Below, one piece after another: positions 39,473 to 50,134 of a stretch of 64,000 bases of DNA. The DNA lies in IMG/VR virus record IMGVR_UViG_2875882051_000003; one strand, given 5' to 3'. Numbering within the stretch: position 1 is the stretch's first letter; every line of letters begins with the position of its first letter. This DNA is from an uncultured virus (IMG/VR IMGVR_UViG_2875882051_000003) (Duplodnaviria > Heunggongvirae > Uroviricota > Caudoviricetes). The notes under the pieces were generated by a model. That model was not told the DNA's origin and ran no database searches. It saw nothing but the letters and a program-made list of their open reading frames with translations. A program made the position numbers and the translations under genes.

Positions 39473-40510
39473 ATGTCAGTAAAAATTTATAGTGTAGAAA
39501 CGTTAAAAAGTGCAAGACGTAATCAAAGCATCGAAACTAAGGTTCCATTTATATTAAATGGACAAGAAATTGAAGTAGATAAGAAAATAGTTAATGGAGA
39601 GATGGAAACATTTGAACTCACTAGGCCTATAGGAGAAATGCTCAGAAGTGGAAGTTTAGCTCAATATAAAGATTTAGTAAGAAAGGTTGTTCTTGATGTT
39701 GAACTTGGAAGAGAACAGGTACCTTTACTTTACAAGCCTATATATGAATTACTATCTGATCCTAACATGCCTAAAGTCATTGATGCTAAATGGGCATTAT
39801 ATGGGACAGTTATATTTTCTGAGCATATGGAAGGTCAAGAAATTAAATTCGGTTCACTTCAAGCAGAACATGGACCAGTTGCTAGAATTATGACTTATAC
39901 AGCAGGATTTGAATATACAAAAGAGATGAAGGACTTTAATGATAGTTTTTCAGTTGAACTCTTAAATAAGGCTATGGGTGAAGCATACAATGCATTACTT
40001 AATCATATGTATTTATCTCCAATTATAAAGGCTAATTATAAAGCTGATAATAAAACATCTTATCAGGGAACAGCAGAGGAAGATGTTTGGGTAAGATATT
40101 ATAAAACTTTCAACAAAGCATTGAGTGATAGTAGAACTAAGAAGAGACCAGGAACAATATTATTAGCTTCAAGTATGGATAAAGACAACATAGAGATGGC
40201 TCTTAAAGGTGGATATCAAATTAATGGAACCACTTATCCAGCAGTTAGTGGTATTGATTCAATAATTTATTATGATGGTTGGGAAATAACAGTTGGAAAG
40301 AAAGATTATTCATATCCAGGAGTAGAACAAGGAAAAGCTTATTTAATAAGACCTAGAAGAGGATTTAAGGAATTATTGAAGAAAGATCTTGAAATTGAAG
40401 CTGCGTCTGGAGATCTTTCTAGGTTAGTTGAAGAGCAAATAGTTGGATATGCATACAGAGGACTTTACGCAGCGATAGATGAAAATGTTCAAGAAATAAC
40501 TTTTAAATAA
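39473..40510 (+). CDS. Major capsid protein
   Basis: 345 aa; position in head module. Confidence 0.7.
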   Translation: MSVKIYSVETLKSARRNQSIETKVPFILNGQEIEVDKKIVNGEMETFELTRPIGEMLRSGSLAQYKDLVRKVVLDVELGREQVPLLYKPIYELLSDPNMPKVIDAKWALYGTVIFSEHMEGQEIKFGSLQAEHGPVARIMTYTAGFEYTKEMKDFNDSFSVELLNKAMGEAYNALLNHMYLSPIIKANYKADNKTSYQGTAEEDVWVRYYKTFNKALSDSRTKKRPGTILLASSMDKDNIEMALKGGYQINGTTYPAVSGIDSIIYYDGWEITVGKKDYSYPGVEQGKAYLIRPRRGFKELLKKDLEIEAASGDLSRLVEEQIVGYAYRGLYAAIDENVQEITFK

Positions 40511-40537
40511 TAATTATTTATATAAGGTGGTGGGAAT

Positions 40538-40870
40538 ATGACACCTACAGAAGCTACGAGAATTAAATTAAGATTGTTATTAAATGATAAAGATAAAAAA
40601 TCATTTACAGATGATGAAATAGACATGCTATTGAATGAAGAGGACTGTGTTTTTTGTGCTGCAAGCCAAGGATGGATATTAAAAGCTACTATGTATGAAA
40701 ATTCAGTAGGAGAAATAACAGAGTATAAAACAGGTGAAGAAAGCTATACAAGTGCTAATATAAAAGACTTAGTAACAGTTGCATATAAAAATGCAGATAG
40801 ATATAAGTCCATGTGTGTAAATCAGTGTGGAAGTATTATATTAGGACTTGATACTGAGGTAAACATATAA
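40538..40870 (+). CDS. Head-tail connector
   Basis: LRLLL.D..FTDDEI..LL motif; position. Confidence 0.65.
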   Translation: MTPTEATRIKLRLLLNDKDKKSFTDDEIDMLLNEEDCVFCAASQGWILKATMYENSVGEITEYKTGEESYTSANIKDLVTVAYKNADRYKSMCVNQCGSIILGLDTEVNI

Positions 40871-41244
40871 TTACACCTGAAAGAAGAAAGGCCGATATTT
40901 TAAAAAGTATTAGCCTTAATCCTACTGAAATTAAAATTAAGCAGATAGTTAAAGTTTTAAAGGATGGGTATTTCGATGAAGAAGAAAAAGAATATAATCT
41001 TACAGTTAGAATATATCAACAACGAAAAAGTAATATAGAGATATCTTCAGGTACTATAGGAACAGCTTATAAATCTAAAAGTTATGGTATGTTGGCAGAT
41101 TATGAAGCCAATTTAGAAGTTGATCCGCAAAATGCTATTGAATTCAATAGTATATATGGTCATATGAAAATGATAGCAGTATATCCGCAGATAATTAAAG
41201 ATGAATTATGTGGTTATCAAGTAGACCTCGAAAGAATAAGGTAA
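40867..41244 (+). CDS. Head-closure-like protein with ATA start (not in track)
   Basis: 125-codon open frame (I/M)ITPERRKADILKSI...ERIR exactly fills the gap; RBS GAGGT at 40856-60. Confidence 0.7.
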   Translation: MITPERRKADILKSISLNPTEIKIKQIVKVLKDGYFDEEEKEYNLTVRIYQQRKSNIEISSGTIGTAYKSKSYGMLADYEANLEVDPQNAIEFNSIYGHMKMIAVYPQIIKDELCGYQVDLERIR

Positions 41245-41257
41245 GGAGGTTTTTTAT

Positions 41258-41662
41258 ATGGGTTTTAGAGCTATAGATTATATTCAAAGAAAAGCAGCAG
41301 GAATGTACGCTCTTTGTGATAACTGGGCTAACACTTTAAGAGATGAAGTTAAAATAAATGCAAAATGGAAAGATAGAACATCTCATGCAAGGCAAGCTAT
41401 TCATAGCGATGTAGAACCAGGTAATAATGAGTATACGATATATGTTTCCCATGGAGTTCAATATGGAGGGTATCTTGAGGAAGGAACACCACCACATATC
41501 ATAAGACCTAAAAATAAAAAAGCTCTATATTGGAAAGGCGCAGCGCATCCAGTAAAGCAGGTTAATCATCCGGGAACCAAAGGGTTCAAAACTATAGAAA
41601 ATACAATGCTAGCTAATAAAGAAAGAATAAAAAATACTATTATAGATTATTGGAGTGATTAA
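41258..41662 (+). CDS. HK97 gp10-like neck / tail completion protein
   Basis: W.DRT..AR, YG.YLE.GT.PH.I, V.HPGT motifs. Confidence 0.75.
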   Translation: MGFRAIDYIQRKAAGMYALCDNWANTLRDEVKINAKWKDRTSHARQAIHSDVEPGNNEYTIYVSHGVQYGGYLEEGTPPHIIRPKNKKALYWKGAAHPVKQVNHPGTKGFKTIENTMLANKERIKNTIIDYWSD

Positions 41663-41669
41663 GTATTAA

Positions 41670-42500
41670 ATGAGAGCAGGAATTAGACAGCATTTAATAG
41701 ATTCAGTTGCAGATCTTAAAGATTGTTATGAACCTACAGTACCAACTATGGATACATTAAAACCTTATGCAGTAATACTTCAAGGTTCAGATAATGACAA
41801 TGGAGAAGTTATTGGATTTAAAAGAACTATAGAAATATGGCTATATGAAAAGAAAACTACTTTTAAGAATTTAGATGCATTATCTGAAAAGGTCATTAAA
41901 GCATTGCATATGCAAGTGATATCTGATGTAGAAGTAAATGAAACTTTCACATGTAAGTTTGAAGAAGCAATAGGACAAGATATTATAGATGAAGAATGGA
42001 ACGCTATAGCTAGAGGATTAAAATTTACTGTAATAGCATTACATGAAGAGGATCAAGTTAATACGGATCCTTGGCTTGATGCTTTAAGTGAGTACACTAA
42101 GAAAATCATAGATTATAAAGTGTATTTAAATACATGGAAAAAGGATTTTGAAGTTCCAAGTATTCTATGGAGAGTAAAAGATTCAAGCAAAGAAAGGGAA
42201 ACTAATGCTGTTATTAAAGAAAATAAAACTCTTATATGTCATGTTGCTAGTAATAATAAGAATGAAATTAATAAGTTACTGGAAGACATAGAGGATAAAC
42301 TTATTTCTGATTTGAAAATACCTTTAGATTTGGAAGAAAGGCGTTATTTAACTATAGAAAGCATAAATGAGGATAGAGAAGCTGATATGTTATCTAAAGG
42401 TCAATTAATAGTCAAGTTTTTTAGAAGAAAGATGATACAAATTAATCAAAAGCCTACTATCGATAAGATTCATAGTAGAGGTAATTTAAATAAGGAGTGA
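41670..42500 (+). CDS. Tail terminator-like structural protein
   Basis: Position upstream of the sheath gene. Confidence 0.55.
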   Translation: MRAGIRQHLIDSVADLKDCYEPTVPTMDTLKPYAVILQGSDNDNGEVIGFKRTIEIWLYEKKTTFKNLDALSEKVIKALHMQVISDVEVNETFTCKFEEAIGQDIIDEEWNAIARGLKFTVIALHEEDQVNTDPWLDALSEYTKKIIDYKVYLNTWKKDFEVPSILWRVKDSSKERETNAVIKENKTLICHVASNNKNEINKLLEDIEDKLISDLKIPLDLEERRYLTIESINEDREADMLSKGQLIVKFFRRKMIQINQKPTIDKIHSRGNLNKE

Positions 42501-42829
42501 TATTTGTGGATGATGTTGAAGCGAATGTTTCAGAGGTTGTTGATGAAAGCAATAATATAAACTCAGAATCATATGACGCCGCAGAGAATAATGAACAAAA
42601 TCAATCTAAAAAAGAATCTGATAATAAGGAGGAAACTATAGTGGCGAGTCAAACGATAGTAACTGATGAACCAACACACTCAATACAAGAATTCATAGAT
42701 AATAGTGAAGCACTTGGCTACAAGAAAGAAGTAGTTGCAGGTGCTTTATTTAGTTGCAAAAAATCTGAACTTACAAAAACAGAATTTGAAGCTATGGTTA
42801 AAGAATTTTTAGGAAAGAAGGTTGAATAA
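42497..42829 (+). CDS. Small acidic phage protein
   Basis: TAATG coupling to the sheath gene. Confidence 0.6.
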   Translation: MIFVDDVEANVSEVVDESNNINSESYDAAENNEQNQSKKESDNKEETIVASQTIVTDEPTHSIQEFIDNSEALGYKKEVVAGALFSCKKSELTKTEFEAMVKEFLGKKVE

Positions 42830-44271
42830 TGGCAACAGGTAACTGGGATGAAAAAAACAAGCCAACTATACCAGGGTGGTATAACAGATTTAAGAATAAA
42901 GCACAAGAAAGAATTGGCACAGGTATTCATGGTATTTTAGCTATGCCAATTAAAGCTAACTGGGGACCAGTTAATACTGTTACAGCTATAACTGTAACAT
43001 CAACGGCAGAAAATACATTAAAGAAAACCTTTGGAGAAGATCCTAATTATACGGCATATAGATTGGGAAAATTAGCTTTACTTGGGCAACCTAAAGCAGT
43101 TTTATTTTATAGACTTGTAGATGGATCACAAAAAACTGCTACTTTAACTCTTAAGAATAATGCATCAACACCTGTAGATGTAATTAAACTTGAGACTAAG
43201 TATCCAACTACAAGAAAGTTCAATGTTACTATTCGAAATAATATAGCTGATTCATCTAAAGTAGATTTTATATTGTATGAAGGAGCAACTCAATTATTTT
43301 CTATGAGTGCTATAAGCGGAGATATAGATGATATAATTTCAGCTATTAATTCAAATGTAGAAAATGAATATCTTATTGCAACTAAGATTTCAGGAGCCAC
43401 AGGAACAATAGGTAATGTAGCAAATCAGGCTTTAACAGGTGGAAATGATGGTACAGCAGGAATAACAAACGAACATTATTTAGATGCAATGAACGCATTT
43501 GAAGGATATGGCATGGATGGATTCACATTAGATGGAATTTCAGATCAATCACTTCAAGCAAGTGTAAAGGCTTGGGTAATTAAAAATAAAGAAGAGGGAA
43601 CAAATATAATTGCTTTTGTTGGTGGACCACAAAGCAATTATTCATTAGAACAGGCTAATAGCAGGTCAAAAGAATTTAATCATGAAGATATAGTTAATGT
43701 ATTTGCTACAAGTGCTACTTATGATGGTGATACATATACAAGTTCAGAGGTGGCAGTTTATATAGCAGCATTAGCAACAGCAGGAGGACTAAAAGATAGC
43801 ATTTGCAACGCAGTTACTATCTTTGACGACATACAACCTAGACTGAATAAAACGGATACTGCAGCAGCACTAGCAGCAGGAACGTTAGTACTATCAAAAG
43901 ATGCTGATGATGTTATTGTAGTTGACGATGTTAATACCTTTAAGAATTATACAGATGATAAGACAGAGGTATTTGGAAGTATAAGGGCAATAAAGTTTAT
44001 GAATGCTGTAGATGGTGATACATCACTTAAGAGAAAAGATTTCGTAGGAAAAGTTACTAATGATGATACAGGTAGAACATTAATAATCATAGCTTTAAAG
44101 CAATACTTTGAGACTTTAGTTGCAGCAGGTGTAATTAAAGATGATTTTACGGTTGAGATTGATACGGAATTACAAGCAAATGCCAAGTCAGATGAATTCT
44201 TTTGGAAATGGGATGCTACTTATCTTGATGTTATTAAAAGAGTTTATGGTACTGGAAATGTTACGAAATAG
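42829..44271 (+). CDS. Tail sheath protein (XkdK-like)
   Basis: PGWYNRF, ANWGP, LTGGNDG, GKVTND..GR motifs. Confidence 0.9.
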   Translation: MATGNWDEKNKPTIPGWYNRFKNKAQERIGTGIHGILAMPIKANWGPVNTVTAITVTSTAENTLKKTFGEDPNYTAYRLGKLALLGQPKAVLFYRLVDGSQKTATLTLKNNASTPVDVIKLETKYPTTRKFNVTIRNNIADSSKVDFILYEGATQLFSMSAISGDIDDIISAINSNVENEYLIATKISGATGTIGNVANQALTGGNDGTAGITNEHYLDAMNAFEGYGMDGFTLDGISDQSLQASVKAWVIKNKEEGTNIIAFVGGPQSNYSLEQANSRSKEFNHEDIVNVFATSATYDGDTYTSSEVAVYIAALATAGGLKDSICNAVTIFDDIQPRLNKTDTAAALAAGTLVLSKDADDVIVVDDVNTFKNYTDDKTEVFGSIRAIKFMNAVDGDTSLKRKDFVGKVTNDDTGRTLIIIALKQYFETLVAAGVIKDDFTVEIDTELQANAKSDEFFWKWDATYLDVIKRVYGTGNVTK

Positions 44272-44290
44272 GAAAGGCGAGGTGATATAA

Positions 44291-44707
44291 ATGAATGATG
44301 TATTAGATGCGAGCAGAGTTTGCTCTGGAACTTATGGCAAAATTTATCTTGATGGTAAATGGCATAACAACGTTAGTGAATGTACTGCTGATGTTGAAAC
44401 AGATATGAAATCAATTATTACATGTGGAAGTGAATGGGAGGATAATAAAGCTGGAGCTAAAAAAGGTTCAGGAACTATAAAAGGTTATAAAGTTACATCA
44501 GACATGATTAAGCAGGGCTTTAAGAAGTTTGAATTACTTGCAGAGTTAGATGATCCAGAAGCTTACGGAGCTGAAAGAATTAGATTAAAAAATTGTAAAG
44601 CTAGTAAAGTTAGTTTAGTTAACTTTAAAGCTGGTGATATCTGTGAAACAGAAACACCATTTGTATTTAGTGGATATGAGCTTGTAGATCCAATAGAAGC
44701 TGAATAA
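44291..44707 (+). CDS. Tail tube protein (XkdM-like)
   Basis: GTYG, GSGTI..YKVTS, LDDPEA.G.ERI motifs. Confidence 0.88.
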   Translation: MNDVLDASRVCSGTYGKIYLDGKWHNNVSECTADVETDMKSIITCGSEWEDNKAGAKKGSGTIKGYKVTSDMIKQGFKKFELLAELDDPEAYGAERIRLKNCKASKVSLVNFKAGDICETETPFVFSGYELVDPIEAE

Positions 44708-44778
44708 AATATAAGGCCAAGCAAGGGGCATTGTACCTTGCAATTATTATATATTTAATTTTTAGGAGGAATTTTATT

Positions 44779-45210
44779 ATGAAGAAGAATGAAAAAGACG
44801 AAGTATTAGCAATGAAGGAAGAGGATATATTAGCAAAGTTGCTTGAGACACATGACGTTCCTACAGCTAATATCCAAGTGCCAAGATTAGGAATAGCAAT
44901 TGACTTAAAAGGACTAACTGAAAAAGAAATTAGCGGAATAAGAGAAGAATGTACAACTAGAAGAAAAATAAATGGGAAAATTGAAACAAAATTAAATAAT
45001 GCTGATTTTGATGCTGCACTTATTATAGGGGCTACAACTAACTTCAATTGGAATAATCCAAAGTTAATAGAGCCACTTAAGCTTAGTGATGGTAAAGCAT
45101 ATATAAGAAAAAAACTTTTAGCAGGTGAAATATCATTCTTGGCCAATAAAGTGTTGGAGCTAAGCGGATTTAATGATGAACTAGAGGAAAAAGAAGATAT
45201 AAAAAACTAA
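44779..45210 (+). CDS. Tail assembly chaperone (XkdN-like)
   Basis: LLAGEI..L...V.ELSGF; ends in slippery A AAA AAC TAA. Confidence 0.8.
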   Translation: MKKNEKDEVLAMKEEDILAKLLETHDVPTANIQVPRLGIAIDLKGLTEKEISGIREECTTRRKINGKIETKLNNADFDAALIIGATTNFNWNNPKLIEPLKLSDGKAYIRKKLLAGEISFLANKVLELSGFNDELEEKEDIKN

Positions 45211-45386
45211 TAAGTTGGGGCGGAGATATAACTGCACTGTATAATTTATTCTCAATGCATAATATCTGCCCTGACGAGTTTTATGGTGTGGAAAGAAATG
45301 ATATGGCTAGGAGGTTAATCTTAGCCTTTTCTTCATATGAGGTAGAGCAAAATAATAAAAGAACTACCCAAAAAGCTGGGAGGTGA
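45201..45386 (+). CDS. -1 frameshift extension of the tail chaperone
   Basis: The -1 frame (LISWGGDITALYNLF...KAGR) is open to TGA 45386. Confidence 0.7.
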   Translation, partial: KKLISWGGDITALYNLFSMHNICPDEFYGVERNDMARRLILAFSSYEVEQNNKRTTQKAGR

Positions 45387-48300
45387 TAATTCTGGCTAAT
45401 AAAGAAGTATACAGGCTTGATATAAAAGTTGGAGTTTCAGGAGACTCAGAATCAAAAAACAAACTTACTGCAGTTGAAAAAATGACTCAACAAATAGAGA
45501 AGAAAACAAAGGCGTTAAGTAAAATAACCGCTAATGCTACTGCAAAGCTTAAAGACGAGGCATCAAGTAAAATAGAAAGGTTAGAGTCTAAGGTTAACAA
45601 ATTAAAAAGCACTAGTATGACTTTAACAGCAAAAATCAAGGATGAAGCTTCATCAACAGTAGATAAAATACAAAGCAAAACAAAAAAGATAAAGCAGGCA
45701 AATGTAGTAGTTAAAGCTAAAGATGAAGCTAGTAAAGTTATAACCGGAATTGAAAATAAAATAAATGGATGGATTAAGACAGGGGCTAAAAAGGTAATAT
45801 CTATTGGAACTGCAGGTGTAATAGCCGCAGGGGGAATAGGTCTTGGCACATCGATAAAAACTTACTCAGAATATGAAAAGGGATTATCGAACGTTAAGGC
45901 AGTAACCAATGCAACTAATTCACAGATGGAGCAGTTAGATGCTGCAGCTAAGAAGTTTGGTTCTACAACTGCATGGAGTGCTAGACATGTTACACAAGCT
46001 GAAGAATTATTAGGGCAGGCAGGATTCAGTGTTAATGAAACAATAAGTGCATTACCAGGCTTATTAAATCTTGCAAGTGCAGGAGATCTTGATTTAGCAT
46101 CAGCTACAGATATAGCATCAGGAACGTTGAGAGCTTTTAATATAAATGCTAGTCAATCAGGTCATGTAGCAGATGTATTAGCTTTATCAGCCAGTGCTAC
46201 AAACTCAGATGTATCAGATCTTGGCGAGACGATGAAATATGTAGCTCCAGTTTCACAGGCGCTAGGAATAAGCCTTGAAGATACTGCTGCAGCTGCAGGT
46301 TTATTGAGTAACGCAAACATTAAAGGAAGTCAAGCTGGAACTGTTTTAAGGCAAACAATGGCTAGGCTTGCGAGTCCGACTAAAGATGCAGCAGATATGA
46401 TGTCAATGTATGGAATTAATGCCTTTGATGCACATGGTAATATGAAACCTTTAAGCGATGTTGTAGATAACTTAAATGGTTCATTAGGAAAGCTAACAAG
46501 TCAAAAGAGAGCAGATGTAATAAGTACAATATTTGGTACAGAATCTATGTCTGGAGTACTTGCATTAATGAATCAAGGCGGTAAGAGCGTTAGTGAATTA
46601 AGTAGGCAACTTAAAGATGCTAATGGAGCTGCACAAAAAATGTCCGATACAAAACTTGATAATTTGCAAGGACAATGGATTAAGCTTAAAGCAGCAGTTG
46701 AACATATGCAAATTACTTTAGGTGAGAAGTTGGCACCATATGCTAAGCAATTTGTAACATGGTTAACTGGTAAAATGCCAACAATTACAGATAAGATTGT
46801 TGAAATGGTTGATTACGTAAGTAAACATACTGAAGAAATTAAATCACTAGCAGAAATAGTAATAGGGTTAGGTGCTGCATTTACAGCTTTGAGTGTAGCT
46901 GGGAAAATAGGTAATACAATTTCAGGAATTAGTAGTTTAGTAGGAATATTTAAAGGCGCTAAGATATCTACAGAAATAGCTGAAGCAGCAGGAGAAATTT
47001 CAAAATTAGGTGTAGTAGGCAAGTTATTACCTGCAATATTTACTCCAGCAGGTCTTGCAATAGCTGCATCGGTTGCACTTATTGGGACAGCAACAGTTGC
47101 GCAAAGCAATCTCATGAAGAAGAGTGTTACAACCACTACAGAAGAATTAGGGCCTATGGAAAAAGTAATGAATGCATTAAACGGCCATATAAACAAGTCA
47201 AAGAAAGAGATGGTTGAAGCAGGTCTTATTTATGATGATTTTGGAGAAGGCATTTCAGATAGTTTTAAAAAAGGTGCTCAAGATGCATCAAAGAGTTTAT
47301 TAGGAATTGAAATAGATATAAATAGGTTAACTAATAGCGGGAATATGGATGAATCTAGCCTTAATAAGTTAAAGAACTATGTAAATGATTATGCATATGA
47401 AAGTATTAATGCAATGAAAGATCAGAAATCTAAAATTCAGGGTGAATTCCAGAAAACTTTCAGTATAGATGGAGTTACAAGTGATACTGAACAAAAAGTG
47501 ATGGATTCTTTAAATACTTATTTTGAGACAGGTATAAATAAAGAACTTGATATAAGAGATGGCATTTATCAATTTGCAAGTGATAAAATAAAAGAACATG
47601 GAACGCTTTTGGATGAAGATCTTAAAGAAATACAAGACAGATTAGCTAAAGCGAAAGCTCTTGAGTTAGAATACACTAAAGCACAAAATGCTTATGATGC
47701 GGAATATTCGAAGAATCAATTTACAAATGATGCAAGCAGGGTAACTGGCATAGATGGTGCGAGTGAATTATTGCAGAATAGAGCGAAAGACCACCAAGAT
47801 TCCTTAGATAAAATAGAAAATAATTATCAAGGTACATTAGCTTATTATGATTCGTTGTTATCAAATACAGATTTATCAGATCAGCAAAGAGAAGATTTTC
47901 AAAAAGGCAAAGATGAGGCAGGCAAAGCAAGAGACGAAGCACTAAAGAAAGCACAACTTGATTGGAAATCAGATCTTGAAACATTGTATAAAGCATATCC
48001 ACAGGCACAAGGAATGTTTAATGAAAAAACTGGAGCTAAGTTTAGTGATGAAGATATAGTCGCACATAAGGGTACAGATTACTTAAAAAGCCATTTCCAA
48101 AACTTGGACCAAGTTACTCAAGAAGGTTGGTATAGGATTAAGAATACTACAAGTGGGGAAATGGAAGATATTTATGCTACAGTTGATAAAGATACTGGAG
48201 AAATCAATGGAGCATGGAGTAAAACTGCTGGATGGTCTGGTGGATATACTGATGAGCTGAAGCAAAAAGTAAAAGAGCTTGGGGAAACACATGAGTCAGA

Positions 48301-49189
48301 GAGAGTAAGAATACAAAATTCGTTAAGCACACTTACTGGTAGTACATTAGATTCTAATAATCAAGTAATTAGCTCAACGGGAGATGTGATTGGCCAATTA
48401 AAAGGTGTTCAAGGCGCTACAGATGGAGCAATAACAGGAATAATAGATATAAATGGAACACCTATGCAGATAACTTCCAATGCTTCAGGACAAATAACAA
48501 CAATGCAACAATACAAAGGATCAATAGATGATATTCCTGATAATGCGGATGTTCATATTAATAGTAATGCTAGTGAAGCTACAAGTGAAGTAAGTGGATT
48601 AATTAGTGAAGCAGATAAAGCAGATGGAAAAACTATAACTATTACAACTATATTTAAAAGGATTACTCAATGGTTTGATGAAAAATTTGAGAATGCTGCA
48701 AAAGCAATAAATAATCCTAGTGCGAGTAAAACTTTTGGAATTGAAAAAGTTGATGGAGAAGCATCAGGAACAAATAGTTTTTCGGGTGGTTTATCCACCG
48801 CAGATGAAAAAGGATGGGAATTATCAGATAAGAAGCGTGTAAGCATTTTGGGAACCTTAAATAATAATCCGTTAACATACATGCCAAGAGGAACAAAAAT
48901 ACTTAATCACATGCAGTCCGTTAAGGATATGAAATCAGAAGTATCTAGACAAATTAATGGAAGATTATCAAATTTATTAAGTCAGAGAGAAGAAACTCCA
49001 TATCAAGCGAAACAAGGACAATATCAACTTGTTATGCCTCAGGTTGCCGCCTCAAGTGGTGGAAATAGTATTCAAGTTGATGTACAAAATAATTTTGATG
49101 GTAGTCAGAATATTGATGATATAATATCACAAGCAACACAAGAATTTGCTTATAAATTGAAAGAAGCCCTTACTACTATTAAAAAATAA
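45383..49189 (+). CDS. Tape measure protein
   Basis: 1268 aa, Ala-rich, TP901-type core (GETMKYVAP, IKGSQAGT.LR). Confidence 0.92.
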   Translation: MIILANKEVYRLDIKVGVSGDSESKNKLTAVEKMTQQIEKKTKALSKITANATAKLKDEASSKIERLESKVNKLKSTSMTLTAKIKDEASSTVDKIQSKTKKIKQANVVVKAKDEASKVITGIENKINGWIKTGAKKVISIGTAGVIAAGGIGLGTSIKTYSEYEKGLSNVKAVTNATNSQMEQLDAAAKKFGSTTAWSARHVTQAEELLGQAGFSVNETISALPGLLNLASAGDLDLASATDIASGTLRAFNINASQSGHVADVLALSASATNSDVSDLGETMKYVAPVSQALGISLEDTAAAAGLLSNANIKGSQAGTVLRQTMARLASPTKDAADMMSMYGINAFDAHGNMKPLSDVVDNLNGSLGKLTSQKRADVISTIFGTESMSGVLALMNQGGKSVSELSRQLKDANGAAQKMSDTKLDNLQGQWIKLKAAVEHMQITLGEKLAPYAKQFVTWLTGKMPTITDKIVEMVDYVSKHTEEIKSLAEIVIGLGAAFTALSVAGKIGNTISGISSLVGIFKGAKISTEIAEAAGEISKLGVVGKLLPAIFTPAGLAIAASVALIGTATVAQSNLMKKSVTTTTEELGPMEKVMNALNGHINKSKKEMVEAGLIYDDFGEGISDSFKKGAQDASKSLLGIEIDINRLTNSGNMDESSLNKLKNYVNDYAYESINAMKDQKSKIQGEFQKTFSIDGVTSDTEQKVMDSLNTYFETGINKELDIRDGIYQFASDKIKEHGTLLDEDLKEIQDRLAKAKALELEYTKAQNAYDAEYSKNQFTNDASRVTGIDGASELLQNRAKDHQDSLDKIENNYQGTLAYYDSLLSNTDLSDQQREDFQKGKDEAGKARDEALKKAQLDWKSDLETLYKAYPQAQGMFNEKTGAKFSDEDIVAHKGTDYLKSHFQNLDQVTQEGWYRIKNTTSGEMEDIYATVDKDTGEINGAWSKTAGWSGGYTDELKQKVKELGETHESERVRIQNSLSTLTGSTLDSNNQVISSTGDVIGQLKGVQGATDGAITGIIDINGTPMQITSNASGQITTMQQYKGSIDDIPDNADVHINSNASEATSEVSGLISEADKADGKTITITTIFKRITQWFDEKFENAAKAINNPSASKTFGIEKVDGEASGTNSFSGGLSTADEKGWELSDKKRVSILGTLNNNPLTYMPRGTKILNHMQSVKDMKSEVSRQINGRLSNLLSQREETPYQAKQGQYQLVMPQVAASSGGNSIQVDVQNNFDGSQNIDDIISQATQEFAYKLKEALTTIKK

Positions 49190-49228
49190 ACAGATTTGTG
49201 GTATGATTTGGTATAAGGGGGAGTTAAT

Positions 49229-50071
49229 TTGAAAAATATTATAAAATTTACATTATGCTTTAGCTTATTGATATTTTTAGGAGTAGGAGGAATTGGGTGT
49301 TCAACTAAGCCTAAAGGAGATCCTTTAGAAGTTATAAAAAATTATTATGAAAATGTAAAAAATAATAAATCTGATGAATCTTATGAGCTTTTGGTTAATG
49401 AAAATAAAGCTCAATTTGAGAAAGATGATTTTATTAAATTACATAATTTAAAAATGCAGTCGGCTCCATTAAAAGAAACTAAAATAGAAAAAATAAATGA
49501 GTATAAAGATAAAGATATAAACGGTACTAAATACAAAAATGTTGTAGAATTTAATGTAACTGAAACTTTACATGATGCTTATGACGATAAAGATGTGAAC
49601 AATCAATATAAACGATATGTTGTTAGTGAAGATGGAAATTGGAAATTATGTAGTTCAGATGAAAAAACAGATATTAAAGAAGATATAGCTAAAGAAATGG
49701 CTAGAGTTTCAGGAATGTATATAGATGGAAGAGGACAAACAAAGGATTTAAATAAAGCAGCATCAATATTAACAGAAACGGTTAGTATTAAACCTGAGTA
49801 TGCTCAAACTTATTATATACTAGGTACTACTTTATCAAAGCTGGGAAGATATGATGAATCTATAAATAATATACAGGAGTTTCTAAATAAAACTAACGAT
49901 GATAAGGGAAAATCTGATGCATATAATGTTTTGGGAGTAGATTATGAAGTAAAGAAAGACTATTCTAAAGCTAAAGAGAATTATAATAAAGCTATCGAAT
50001 TAGATAATAATAATCAATATGCAAAAACTAATTTAGAGAGGGTAAATAATTTAAGTAAGTTAGGATTTTAA
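49229..50071 (+). CDS. TPR-containing lipoprotein (moron)
   Basis: Signal peptide ending GGIG-C; C-terminal TPRs; hairpin at ~50087-50120. Confidence 0.75.
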   Translation: MKNIIKFTLCFSLLIFLGVGGIGCSTKPKGDPLEVIKNYYENVKNNKSDESYELLVNENKAQFEKDDFIKLHNLKMQSAPLKETKIEKINEYKDKDINGTKYKNVVEFNVTETLHDAYDDKDVNNQYKRYVVSEDGNWKLCSSDEKTDIKEDIAKEMARVSGMYIDGRGQTKDLNKAASILTETVSIKPEYAQTYYILGTTLSKLGRYDESINNIQEFLNKTNDDKGKSDAYNVLGVDYEVKKDYSKAKENYNKAIELDNNNQYAKTNLERVNNLSKLGF

Positions 50072-50134
50072 AACTAAAATAATAGAAGCATCTATAATAA
50101 ATTTATTGTAGGTGCTTTTATTATTACTCAATAT

